Assembly: GCA_001002765.1 (NCBI GenBank)
Contig: LCMS01000004.1
Location: 68,775 to 132,774 of the forward strand
DNA from: Candidatus Uhrbacteria bacterium GW2011_GWE2_46_68
Lineage (GTDB): Bacteria; Patescibacteriota; Patescibacteriia; UBA9934; GWF2-40-263
Length of the DNA stretch: 64,000 nt
Direction of reading: 5' to 3'
Shown here: positions 1-9,694 of the stretch, one piece after another
How positions within the stretch are numbered: the first letter of the stretch is position 1
How the letters are laid out: each line of letters begins with the position of its first letter
Translations under genes and position numbers: made by a program
Notes under the pieces: generated by a model
Told to the model about the DNA's origin: nothing
Seen by the model: only the letters and a program-made list of their open reading frames with translations
The model's database searches: none

Positions 1-857
1 TTTTTCCAAGTGGTATCACTCAAGATATCAAACAGGACGTAGCCTCGCGGGTCTCCCACCTCGTTTCCTTCCAAACAAAGATGAACCGTCTGATGCGCAT
101 CTTTCCAAAGGAAAAAAAGTTTTCCCGCCACGTCAAAAAAGGTGTTTTTTATAATGGCTCCATAGCCATCTTCTTTGCCCATAATAGATCCGTCGGCGCG
201 TAAAAGTTTACTGTTTTCCCCGGGCATTTCCGCAAAAAGAATAGGTTTACCCCCGATATTCAATATTTGTCCTTGGGAATATCCTTTCGGACTCCCCAAT
301 ACACGCCCGTGATAGCGGAAGAAAAGAGTGCGATCATTTTCAAGCGGGTGTAAAGCAAGACGGTACCCAAGTCGTCCATTGATATTTTGCAGTTTATCTA
401 TCTCCATATTCGTTTCTGGAAAGGATTCGATAAGCTGCCCATTTTGATCCACTATTTTTGCATGATCTTGATCCTCAAAGACTGCCGCGAATTTTCCTTG
501 GAGATCTTGTACTCTTACGTAAATCAAATCAGACGGAACGGGGAGCGTATATTCTTTTTCATCCACAGATTCGATGGGAAGTTCTTTATGTTCGAGCAGA
601 TATTTTATTTTGTCCATGAGGACACAGACACGTTCGAGGATCTCTATCGTAGGGGTCGGTTGTGCGGTTCCTAATTCTTTGGGGTGCTTCACTCCATGCG
701 CTTTGCAAATTTCAAGCACTTCTTCCACATACGCATTAAAAAAAGAAAGAACATCTTTTGGCATGTCTTGGCGATAACTCATGGCATATTCGGCAAAAAA
801 AACATCTGGTTGAAAAGGGGGAGACGCTTGGTGTTCTCGAGAAGAAAAATTGAACAT
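1..857 (-). CDS. Hypothetical protein, runs off the window edge; N-terminal domain related to the 5950/62314/63675 paralogs
   Basis: Manual translation from ATG 857 stays open to the edge: MFNFSSREHQ...YRQDMPKDVLSFF...EICKAHGV...LERVCVLMDKIKYLLEHKELP; later GSPKGY/GKEDGY/GDPRGY repeats. Absent from the ORF track. Confidence 0.8.
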   Translation of the reverse strand, partial: MFNFSSREHQASPPFQPDVFFAEYAMSYRQDMPKDVLSFFNAYVEEVLEICKAHGVKHPKELGTAQPTPTIEILERVCVLMDKIKYLLEHKELPIESVDEKEYTLPVPSDLIYVRVQDLQGKFAAVFEDQDHAKIVDQNGQLIESFPETNMEIDKLQNINGRLGYRLALHPLENDRTLFFRYHGRVLGSPKGYSQGQILNIGGKPILFAEMPGENSKLLRADGSIMGKEDGYGAIIKNTFFDVAGKLFFLWKDAHQTVHLCLEGNEVGDPRGYVLFDILSDTTWK

Positions 858-901
858 ACAGAGGGTGATTCGCCTCTTATCGTACAGGAAACCGGAGGAT
901 T

Positions 902-2398
902 TTAGAATCCGATTTCTTCGGTGGGCGGGCCAAAATCGGCAGGTGATGGCTCGCCGCTTGGATGGGGATCCACAGGCGGGGGAGAGATGGGACCCATGGG
1001 AGGGGCTGGAATGGTTTGTGAAGGGCCGCGTTGTTGTGGCGCAGGAGAACGATCAAGATTAAGAAACGAAGTGCGGCGAGAATCAAAAAACATACGCACC
1101 ATGCCCGTAGGGCCGTTACGATGTTTGGCTACATGAATTTCGGCGATATTGCGTTCCTCGGGCGAGAGATCGTCTATTTGATAATTGCGATCCGAAGATT
1201 TGCGGTAGATGAACATGACCACGTCGGCATCTTGCTCAATGGAACCGGAGTCGCGAAGGTGGGAGAGACGGGGGATGGCGGGCTTGGTCATTTCCACGGC
1301 GCGTGAAAGTTGAGCAAGCGCAAGAATGGGAAGATCGAGCTCACGCGCGATTTGTTTAAGGCCGCGAGAAATTTCGGAAACTTCTTGTACGCGGTTTTCC
1401 ACGGACGAAGATCGCGAGCGACCTTCCATGAGTTGAAGATAATCAATCACAATGAGACCGAGTTTGTGTTCTGCCTTGAGTCGTCGCGCCTTGGTGCGTA
1501 ATTGCATGATATTGAGCATGCCACTATCGTCAATAAAGATCGGGGCTTCAGATAAATCGCCAAGGGCTTTTCCGATGCGGGGGAAATCATCATCGCGGTC
1601 GGAAAGCCGCCCGGTGCGCAGCTTCCACAAATCCACATTGGCTTGGGCGCAGATCATACGATCCACCAATTGTTCCTTGGACATTTCAAGAGAAAAAACC
1701 GCTACGGGTATTTTACTTTTCACACCGACATGACGGGCGATATCAAGGGCTAAACTTGTTTTTCCAACCGAAGGACGCGCAGCTAGAATTAACAAATCGG
1801 ATCGTTGCATACCACCGAGGAGATGATCGAGTTCGGTGTATCCCGTGGGAACGCCGCGTAATTTTCCTCGTTCGCGATGAAGCTCGTCAATACGTTCAAA
1901 CGCACCAGACAATACACTGCGCAAAGGAACAAAAGAATTTTTATTGAACTTTTCAGAGACGTTAAAGAGCGTATGCTCGGCCGCATCCATGGTTTGTTCG
2001 ATATCATCTTCTTCTTGAAATCCCAGTCGTGTGATTTCCGCTGCCGCGCCCAACAGTCGCCGTAAAGTTGATTTTTTTTGCACGATGTCCGCGTAGTGTG
2101 CCACATGTGCTGATGTGGGAACCATATTGCTCAACTCGACCAAATACGCGCGCCCACCGATTTTTTGCAAAATTCCTTTTTCCTCCAATCGATTTCCCAT
2201 GGCCAGAATATCCAAGGGCTCATGACGTTCGAATAGATCAAGCATGCAATCAAAAATCAACCGGTGCGCATCACGATAAAAATCTTCGGGATGCAAACGG
2301 TCGGCGATATTCATCATGCTCTCTTTATCAATCAAAATACTTCCAAGAAGAGATTGTTCAGCTTCAAGATTATGGGGAGGAATGCGCTGTGTGCTCAT
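902..2398 (-). CDS. dnaB: Replicative DNA helicase DnaB
   Basis: PPHNLEAEQSLLG, Walker A ARPSVGKT, IDYLQLM, LSQLSR-like, SGSIEQDAD, KHRNGPTG; Pro-rich tail. Confidence 0.98.
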   Translation of the reverse strand: MSTQRIPPHNLEAEQSLLGSILIDKESMMNIADRLHPEDFYRDAHRLIFDCMLDLFERHEPLDILAMGNRLEEKGILQKIGGRAYLVELSNMVPTSAHVAHYADIVQKKSTLRRLLGAAAEITRLGFQEEDDIEQTMDAAEHTLFNVSEKFNKNSFVPLRSVLSGAFERIDELHRERGKLRGVPTGYTELDHLLGGMQRSDLLILAARPSVGKTSLALDIARHVGVKSKIPVAVFSLEMSKEQLVDRMICAQANVDLWKLRTGRLSDRDDDFPRIGKALGDLSEAPIFIDDSGMLNIMQLRTKARRLKAEHKLGLIVIDYLQLMEGRSRSSSVENRVQEVSEISRGLKQIARELDLPILALAQLSRAVEMTKPAIPRLSHLRDSGSIEQDADVVMFIYRKSSDRNYQIDDLSPEERNIAEIHVAKHRNGPTGMVRMFFDSRRTSFLNLDRSPAPQQRGPSQTIPAPPMGPISPPPVDPHPSGEPSPADFGPPTEEIGF

Positions 2399-2476
2399 AG
2401 TGCCCTCATCTTATCACGGCGCTCGCGCGCTTCAACCAAAAAGAGGGGATGACCTGTGATATAATTGGGGAGAAGT

Positions 2477-3628
2477 ATGTCGCCGTATTCTTTTTCTACC
2501 ATTCGAGCCGTTTTTATTTTGATTGGTTCTATCGTGGGGGCCGGTGTTTTTGGGGTTCCTTATGCTTTGGCGCAAAGCGGACTTTCTTTAGGCCTTCTTC
2601 TTTTGTTTGTTATGGGTGTTCTCATGACTGTATTGCTTCTCATGAACAGTGAAGTGATTCTTCAGACCCCCGGTCGTCATCGTATCGTCGGTTATTCCAA
2701 GATTTATCTCAAAGGTCGTTGGTGGATATTGGCGTTTTGTGGATTGGTTGCCACTGCGTGGGGGGCGATGTTGGCTTATTTGCTGGTGGGGGGGGATTTT
2801 TTGTCTTCTCTTTTTTCTTTGGGTGGATGGCAAGTTTCTCCTTTTTGGTGCGCATGGATTCTTGCGATTTGCGCAGGGTACGCCATTTTTCGGGGTCTTC
2901 GTTTTGCTTCCAAAGCGGAAGTGGTGGTCATCGGACTTATTCTTTTCCTTTTCCTTTTCGTCGTACTCGCTTCCGCTCCTTTCGTTCAAGCCCCTCATCT
3001 TTTTACCACCCATTGGTCTCAAGTTTTTTTCCCTTACGGTGTATTGCTTTTTGCTCTTTCCGGAAGCGGAGCTATTCCGGAGATCAAAGATGTATTGGGG
3101 AAAAAAGCCAAAAGTCTCATGGGTTTTGTGATTCTCAGCGGGATGGGAACCATCATTCTTTTATATGCGCTTTTCAGTTTTGCGGTTGTTGGGGTGACAG
3201 GATCTTTGACCACACCCATTGCTTTTGATGGGCTTATTCCACTATTGGGTAGTGCATTTCATTTTCTCGTGTCCTTGATAGGTTCTTTGATCACCTTGTC
3301 TATTTTTATGATGATCGGCGTAGAGATTAAACATTTGTTCCGATACGATTTTTCCATGCCCAATGGTTGGTCATGGGCACTGGCGCTCTTCCCTCCTTTT
3401 TTGTTGTATCTGGCCGGACTGCGCGAGTTTATTGCCATCATTGGATTTGTCGGAGCGGTTTTTGGTGGCATCCTTGGAATCATGAGTGTGGGGATTTATG
3501 AACGGATGCGACAAAAATTAAAAAAAGAACATCATCAGTGTTTTTGTGTTCCCAAGTGGGTGAGTGTGTTATTGATCCTCGTATTTTTATCGGGGATGGT
3601 GATGGAAATTACAAATCTTGTGCGATAA
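2477..3628 (+). CDS. Amino-acid permease (TyrP/Mtr-like, APC superfamily)
   Basis: IGSIVGAGVFGVPY motif; about 11 hydrophobic segments. Confidence 0.8.
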   Translation: MSPYSFSTIRAVFILIGSIVGAGVFGVPYALAQSGLSLGLLLLFVMGVLMTVLLLMNSEVILQTPGRHRIVGYSKIYLKGRWWILAFCGLVATAWGAMLAYLLVGGDFLSSLFSLGGWQVSPFWCAWILAICAGYAIFRGLRFASKAEVVVIGLILFLFLFVVLASAPFVQAPHLFTTHWSQVFFPYGVLLFALSGSGAIPEIKDVLGKKAKSLMGFVILSGMGTIILLYALFSFAVVGVTGSLTTPIAFDGLIPLLGSAFHFLVSLIGSLITLSIFMMIGVEIKHLFRYDFSMPNGWSWALALFPPFLLYLAGLREFIAIIGFVGAVFGGILGIMSVGIYERMRQKLKKEHHQCFCVPKWVSVLLILVFLSGMVMEITNLVR

Positions 3629-3642
3629 AAAATCTCGGAGCA

Positions 3643-4476
3643 TTATTCCGAAATTTTTTGTTGCTGATAGGCGGCAAGGACATTGATGAGAAGGAGAGCG
3701 ACGGTCATGGGTCCAACTCCTCCGGGGACAGGGGTCATCCATCCCGCAACTTCGAGGACATCGGGCATCACATCGCCCACAATTTTTTGTTCCACCTTGG
3801 TGGTTCCCACATCAATCACAACAGCTCCTGCTTTGACCATTTCTTTGGTGATGAGGCCTGGGTGACCGACGGCAGAAATAAGAATGTCAGCGGTGATCGT
3901 TTTTTGAGAGAGGTCGGAATCACTAGCGGAGATAACGAAACTTTCTATTCCATAAGTACTGAGAAGATGTGCCAGTGGTTCGCCAAACAGATGGCTTCCG
4001 ATAATTACCGCGTGTTTTTTTGGGAGATCAAGATGTGTAGCTTCGATGAGTTTCAAAATTCCCAAGGCTACAGCCGGAGCGAGGGTGGGTTTCCCTTGGC
4101 GCAAACGTTCCAGATTTTCGGGATGAAAACCATCTACATCTTTTTTGGGATCAATGGCAGTGATGAGCGGATTTGGATTTTGTCCGGGGAGAGGAAGTTG
4201 CACCAAGATACCTGTGATATCAGGACGCGCGTTTAACCGTTGTATACGATCCATGAGTTCTTGCTCACTGACAAAAGTTGGATAGGCAAACAGTTCAAAA
4301 CCAATTCCCACTTCTTGGCATGCCAGTTGTTTGAGGTGCACATAGGTGTGTGACGCCGGATCTGTACCAACTAAAATCACGGCAAGTTTTGGTTGTGTCT
4401 TGCATGATTTTATTTTTTCCATCACACGTTGCCGTTCTTGCTGAGCCAACGATTTTCCGTCAAGGAGTATACCCAT
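3643..4476 (-). CDS. folD: Bifunctional methylenetetrahydrofolate dehydrogenase/cyclohydrolase
   Basis: YxxxK, GILVQLPLP, KDVDG, TPVPGGVGPMT. Confidence 0.97.
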   Translation of the reverse strand: MGILLDGKSLAQQERQRVMEKIKSCKTQPKLAVILVGTDPASHTYVHLKQLACQEVGIGFELFAYPTFVSEQELMDRIQRLNARPDITGILVQLPLPGQNPNPLITAIDPKKDVDGFHPENLERLRQGKPTLAPAVALGILKLIEATHLDLPKKHAVIIGSHLFGEPLAHLLSTYGIESFVISASDSDLSQKTITADILISAVGHPGLITKEMVKAGAVVIDVGTTKVEQKIVGDVMPDVLEVAGWMTPVPGGVGPMTVALLLINVLAAYQQQKISE

Positions 4477-4531
4477 AAAGTGTGGTCATCATAACATGAC
4501 TTTTCGTTCATCTCAATGAAACAGATTAAAT

Positions 4532-4747
4532 TGGTGTCAGGTCGGACTTTGGACTTTTTGTTTCTCAGTAAACAGAAAGAGAGAAAATTATTTCTAAAAA
4601 AAAGAAGGAAGATTCGCACTTTTTTAAATTCCTTTTTTGATTTCAAACATATCAAAATAACCCTTGTACACAAAATATATTTTTCATCAATTGTAGGACA
4701 ATATTTTTTGATTTTTTCAAAAAAGTCCAAAGTCCGACCTGACACCA
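4532..4747. mobile_element. MITE/REPIN-like element with perfect 28-bp terminal inverted repeats
   Basis: TGGTGTCAGGTCGGACTTTGGACTTTTT at 4532-4559 with its exact reverse complement at 4720-4747; AT-rich interior; ends resemble the RAYT ends at 56389/57301. Confidence 0.8.
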
Positions 4748-4838
4748 TAGCGTGTGACGATGGCCCTCGCAGACACCCACTGGTTTGAATATCTTTCCTC
4801 TTTTCCTGTATGCTGGAAGCATCTTGAGTTATTTTTTT

Positions 4839-5948
4839 ATGAAATCACATTCTTCATTCGTCCTATTTGCTATTGTTTGCGGTATTGTTGCCGTGTTTGC
4901 CTATTTTTTGGTGTTCTGGTATCCGATGATTGCGGATCAGTTTGTTCAAGATAGGGAAGCGGAACAGACACCGGTCATAGAAACACAGGTGGAAGATATC
5001 GTGGAAGAAACAGCAGCAAGTGTTACTGATCTTTCCACATCTCGTTTTTTAAATCTCAAAGTCGTTTCTGTTTCCGAAGTGTCTGACGTGAGTGTTCGCA
5101 TGCGCACCGGATGGATCGAAAATCCCACACGCAGTGTGAGACAAAGCGTGCGCATTCACGAGCCCATGAATCTGGAATCCGAAACCTATCCAGTGGTGAT
5201 TTTTGTTCCTGGAGGTTGGAACAATGGTCGTTCGTTTGATCAGGGTCAGGATGGAGATTATTCCGACGCGGATTATTTGGCTGCCGAAGGTGTGATTGTG
5301 ATCACTTATTCTCCTTTGGGAACCGAGGAAGATGACCCCGAGCCTTTGGATTATGAAGGTTTTGCTGATCAAGATGGGCTCGCTGCCATCATCACAGCCG
5401 CTAAACAACTTACCAATGTTGATTTGGAACAAATCGGTGTGGCAAGTTTTTCTTATGGCATTACCGGTGCCGCGGGCGTTCTCTCACGCTATCCTGATTT
5501 GGGAGTGAAGTTTTTAGTGGATTGGGAAGGGCCATCGAGTCGAGAATATACGACCGTCGGATGCAAGGAGCATAAGCCCATGCCCGAGGGCGAGGAAGAT
5601 AATCGTCTCACATCTATTTCTTGTGAGGATGAATCTTTTTGGAGGGAACGTGAAGCCGCTTTGATGATTGCGACCGCCGACATAGAATATTATCTGCGCG
5701 TTCAATCCATCAAAGACCATGTGCAATCCACCTATGGGCACACGTTGGAAATGGTATCTGCCTCGGTGGGAAATATTCCTTGGGTGCGCGTCAATGACGG
5801 GGCAGTGAATGCAACCTATGAAACTGATGACGACATTCCTACGGTCTCTGAAAGTCCATCCTATTTTACCTCTTACGGTTTGTCTTTTATCTTAGAGTTG
5901 ATTGCCGCCCCTTCTACCGCAGCTGAATGGTTTGAGGAGGAGAGGTAA
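4839..5948 (+). CDS. Membrane-anchored alpha/beta-hydrolase-fold protein
   Basis: N-terminal TM; YPVVIFVPGG oxyanion-like segment; ASFSYG nucleophile elbow. Confidence 0.65.
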   Translation: MKSHSSFVLFAIVCGIVAVFAYFLVFWYPMIADQFVQDREAEQTPVIETQVEDIVEETAASVTDLSTSRFLNLKVVSVSEVSDVSVRMRTGWIENPTRSVRQSVRIHEPMNLESETYPVVIFVPGGWNNGRSFDQGQDGDYSDADYLAAEGVIVITYSPLGTEEDDPEPLDYEGFADQDGLAAIITAAKQLTNVDLEQIGVASFSYGITGAAGVLSRYPDLGVKFLVDWEGPSSREYTTVGCKEHKPMPEGEEDNRLTSISCEDESFWREREAALMIATADIEYYLRVQSIKDHVQSTYGHTLEMVSASVGNIPWVRVNDGAVNATYETDDDIPTVSESPSYFTSYGLSFILELIAAPSTAAEWFEEER

Positions 5949-5949
5949 T

Positions 5950-7290
5950 ATGTCTCTTTTTCGATCAAGTTTAGAATCTTCTCCGTCTGCTATCCCTGCG
6001 GAGGTAGGGGGCCAACGTACTTCAGCAAACCTAAGCGAGGCCATCATGGATTCGGTTTCAAGTGTCCGTGATTCTTTGCCAAAAGAACACCGCACACACT
6101 TTGAAACTCTGCGACAAGAGATCATTGATTTTACAAAAGCTCATGGGATTCCAAAAGAATCTCTTGGCAGTCCCGACCTCCTGCGCGAGGCTACAAAAAA
6201 ACTTTCTACCCAAGACCTTGAGCGACTTGCTCTCCTTCTTGAACGCTTTGAGCATCTACTTACTCACAAAGAGCCTCGTCGGGAAAAATCGGAAGCGCTT
6301 GAGTATGCCGATGAGTGGTATAACCTTTCCGAACGATACGCGTTTCAAATGAATTTTTTAAAAACACTAGGCATATACTTCCTGCATGAGAGAAACAAGA
6401 CATTCAATGAACGCATAGCAAATTTAAAGAACTTGCTTGGATCCTTATTGCCTTTTGGAAAGAAAAAACGCGAGGTGCCTTCGGCGTCTGAATCCATGGA
6501 AGATTTTTTCCTTTTGGATGTATTGGGAAGAAAGTATTCTGTTCCCACCTTGGAACAAATCGCCGCGCGTCTTTTTGAACGTCGCGAGGAACTTGAAACC
6601 AAACACGATCAAGGTTTTACTCATCTTCTTTTTGTTCCTTTTGCCGTTGAGACTGATCTTTTCATGCTTGCTTTTGGAAAATTTCTTCAAGATCGCGATA
6701 TGGAGAAAACGTTAGTGTCCCCGGTAGCTTATGCAAGTACCACTCGTTCGGTGATGTCACGCTTACGATATTTTCCGCAATCTTTTGACGCGAAAGGAGG
6801 TGATAGAGGTAAAGACAAGATGGACATTTTGAAGGAATTATCTGAACAGGCAAGCTCTTTTCTCGGGTGGAGGATCCTTCTTCTTCAAACTCCTCATGGT
6901 CAAAAAAGAGGATTCCGCGGTATCTCAAAGGATGGAGACCAAAAGAAATCATTCACCCGTCCGGAATTGGAAGTGGGGAAGACGCCTTCGGAATACCTTT
7001 CTCTCCAGAGAGACGAAACATCGCCTTATGATGGAGAATCGAGTATGGTTCTTGAAGATTGGATTTGTGCTTTTATGATTCATTATATGGAAACACGATC
7101 TTGTCTTGACGATATGGAATCCGGGGGAAATGCAGCTTCTTATTTGACAGGAGTATCACTTCCTGGGGATTTTACCGGATCTCAAATGGTGATAGCTGTA
7201 AAGTATGCACACCAAGATATCTTTTTTTATTGCCATTCTCCTCATCACAAAGATGAACAGATTGGTGCGCGTTTTGTCGTAGAGGTTTGA
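5950..7290 (+). CDS. Hypothetical protein, lineage-expanded paralog family
   Basis: Full-length similarity to 62314..63663; very similar N-terminus to the 63675 ORF. Confidence 0.85.
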   Translation: MSLFRSSLESSPSAIPAEVGGQRTSANLSEAIMDSVSSVRDSLPKEHRTHFETLRQEIIDFTKAHGIPKESLGSPDLLREATKKLSTQDLERLALLLERFEHLLTHKEPRREKSEALEYADEWYNLSERYAFQMNFLKTLGIYFLHERNKTFNERIANLKNLLGSLLPFGKKKREVPSASESMEDFFLLDVLGRKYSVPTLEQIAARLFERREELETKHDQGFTHLLFVPFAVETDLFMLAFGKFLQDRDMEKTLVSPVAYASTTRSVMSRLRYFPQSFDAKGGDRGKDKMDILKELSEQASSFLGWRILLLQTPHGQKRGFRGISKDGDQKKSFTRPELEVGKTPSEYLSLQRDETSPYDGESSMVLEDWICAFMIHYMETRSCLDDMESGGNAASYLTGVSLPGDFTGSQMVIAVKYAHQDIFFYCHSPHHKDEQIGARFVVEV

Positions 7291-7343
7291 TGGGTGACCA
7301 TTATGTAGAGATGAAAAAACAAGGGTGAGAGCCCTTGTTTCGT

Positions 7344-8279
7344 TTATGCGTCGTGATCTTGGGAACAGTGGAACCAATCTGAAACCGTTTGGATATGCGT
7401 CTGGTGTACGATGAGGATCGGACATCCGGGCGCTTGCACATCATAGATGTCAATCGTGTAGGGGAGAGCCTTGAGGATGCGGTCATCTTGGATCTCCAGA
7501 CGTAGTGGAACATACCCCAGTCGCTCGCTGATACCCATGACCGGCGCCCAGTCCCATGGTTGATTGGGGTTATTACCAAGAAGCAGGACACCGCCAATCT
7601 CACCTTTCCACAGTCGAGCAAAGCTCAGTCCGATGCTTCCACCTTCGATCTCAAAGTCTTTGAAGAGATTCTGTTTGCGGTCGGCACGCGGGATGAACTT
7701 TTGGCGGATCGCGGGAGCGAATTCCCACGGATTTTTACGTACGAGGAGATATTGATCCGAAAGCGGGCGTGTGGGATCGAGAAGATCCAAACGCAGACGT
7801 GCTCCTACACGATCCATACGATGCACTTTATAAGAACCCGGACGGAAATAATAAATCTCTCCTGTCATCACATCTTCGATACAAACGCTAATGACGTGTT
7901 TTTCTTCCAGAAGTGCGATCATGGTTCCGATGCCATGCGATTGCATGCGTCCAAACGCTTTGGTGCCATCAAGCGGATCCACGATCCAGTAACGCTTAGG
8001 CCAGCTGCTCTCTTTGGGTTCAATGCGCAAGTCTTCTTCTTCAGCGACAATACCATAGCTTGGGGTGGTGGTCTGGAGCACTCCGAGAATAGCCGCTTGC
8101 GCAGCTCTGTCCGCAGACGTCACAAGATCAGTGAGGGTGCCATCATACGAACACTTTGGCTCACGTTCAAAAACAAAACGTTCCAGTCGCACAAAATTTG
8201 CCGCGCGATTGGTGGCTTCACGGATGATGAGACCAAGGGCAGCGTCAGTGAGAGTTTCACATCTTTCGGTTTTGGTCAC
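7344..8279 (-). CDS. Inositol monophosphatase/CysQ-family phosphatase
   Basis: DLVTSAD, AEE, WIVDPLDGT, WDWA motifs; GTG start after GGAGG. Confidence 0.9.
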   Translation of the reverse strand: MTKTERCETLTDAALGLIIREATNRAANFVRLERFVFEREPKCSYDGTLTDLVTSADRAAQAAILGVLQTTTPSYGIVAEEEDLRIEPKESSWPKRYWIVDPLDGTKAFGRMQSHGIGTMIALLEEKHVISVCIEDVMTGEIYYFRPGSYKVHRMDRVGARLRLDLLDPTRPLSDQYLLVRKNPWEFAPAIRQKFIPRADRKQNLFKDFEIEGGSIGLSFARLWKGEIGGVLLLGNNPNQPWDWAPVMGISERLGYVPLRLEIQDDRILKALPYTIDIYDVQAPGCPILIVHQTHIQTVSDWFHCSQDHDA

Positions 8280-8407
8280 GGGGACCTCCTGCTTTGGAAA
8301 GAACGGACTTAATTTTTTACGTGAAAGAAGACTGATTGTCAAACCCCCTTGGAAAAACGTACAATAGAACGGCATGGGAAATAAATTCCCAAATTTTCAA
8401 TTCCTCT

Positions 8408-9694
8408 ATGACCCTTCACACTATTGATCCGGAGATTGCCGCGGATTTACAAAGCGAACTTACGCGTCAGCGAGAAGGTTTGGAAATGATTCCTTCCGAG
8501 AACTTTGTCTCGCCGGCTGTGCTCGAAGCTTTGGGATCCATTGGCACCAATAAATATTCCGAAGGCTATCCCGGCCGACGCTATTATGGCGGATGCCAGT
8601 ATGTCGATCGCATTGAACAAACGGCGATTGATCGCGCTAAAAAACTTTTTGGTGTGGATCATGCCAATGTGCAACCCTATTCCGGATCTCCGGCAAATCT
8701 GGCTGTGTATTATGCGCTTTTAAATCCTGGTGACACGGTCATGGGCATGCACTTATATTTTGGCGGTCACATGACCCATGGGCTCAAGGTGAATTTTTCC
8801 GGAACATTGTATCGTTCTGTTCAATATCAAACGCGCCCGGACGGCTATTTGGATTTGGATGCCATGGATATACTTGCTCAAACGGAAAAACCAAAAATGA
8901 TTGTGGTGGGGGCAACGGCGTATCCGCGACAATTTGATTGGAAGGCGCTCAAAAATATCGCCGATCGTGCAGGAGCATTTTTGCTTGCGGATATTTCTCA
9001 TATTGCCGGACTTATTGTGGGAGGCGAGCATCCTTCTCCCGTGGGTTTTGCCGATGTGATCACCACAACTACGCACAAAACCTTGCGCGGACCTCGTGGT
9101 GCCATGATTTTATGTAACGGCAATCCGTCTACTCCGCTTAAAAAAGTGGAGCGCACACGAGAAAATTTTCCCACCTTGATTGATCGCGCGATTATTCCTG
9201 GTCTTCAAGGTGGGCCGCATAATCATCAAACCGCAGCGATTGCCGTTGCGCTCAAAGAAGCTGCTTTACCCGAGTTTAAAACATACGCTCATCAGATTGT
9301 TCTCAATGCGAAAGCACTTGCCGATCGCCTGCTTGAACATGGGTTTGACCTTGTGACCGGCGGCACGGACAATCATTTGCTTCTTGTGGATTTACGACGT
9401 AAAGGTGTGACGGGTACACAAGCGGAAAAAGCATTGGATGCATCCGGGATCACATGCAATAAAAACACCATTCCTTTTGATCCGCGCCAACCGTTTGATC
9501 CTTCGGGGATTCGATTGGGAACTCCCGCTCTCACCAGTCGTGGAATGAAGGAAGAAGAAATGAAGCAAATTGGGGATTTTATATTAGAAGTTGTGGAGCA
9601 TTGGGAAGATGCGGATCGTCTTGTATTGATTCGCAGTCGTGTAAAAGAGATGACGGATTGCTTTCCTCTTTATCAAGGAATTCATTATGTTTGA
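8408..9694 (+). CDS. glyA: Serine hydroxymethyltransferase
   Basis: SENF, NKYSEGYPGRRYYGG, TTTHKTLRGPRG, SGIRLGTPA. Confidence 0.98.
   Translation: MTLHTIDPEIAADLQSELTRQREGLEMIPSENFVSPAVLEALGSIGTNKYSEGYPGRRYYGGCQYVDRIEQTAIDRAKKLFGVDHANVQPYSGSPANLAVYYALLNPGDTVMGMHLYFGGHMTHGLKVNFSGTLYRSVQYQTRPDGYLDLDAMDILAQTEKPKMIVVGATAYPRQFDWKALKNIADRAGAFLLADISHIAGLIVGGEHPSPVGFADVITTTTHKTLRGPRGAMILCNGNPSTPLKKVERTRENFPTLIDRAIIPGLQGGPHNHQTAAIAVALKEAALPEFKTYAHQIVLNAKALADRLLEHGFDLVTGGTDNHLLLVDLRRKGVTGTQAEKALDASGITCNKNTIPFDPRQPFDPSGIRLGTPALTSRGMKEEEMKQIGDFILEVVEHWEDADRLVLIRSRVKEMTDCFPLYQGIHYV

Noticed and set aside
3538-4236. 232-aa plus-strand ORF
   Set aside because: Antisense shadow of folD; no motifs.
7560-8312. 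250-aa plus-strand ORF
   Set aside because: Antisense shadow of the IMPase-family gene.
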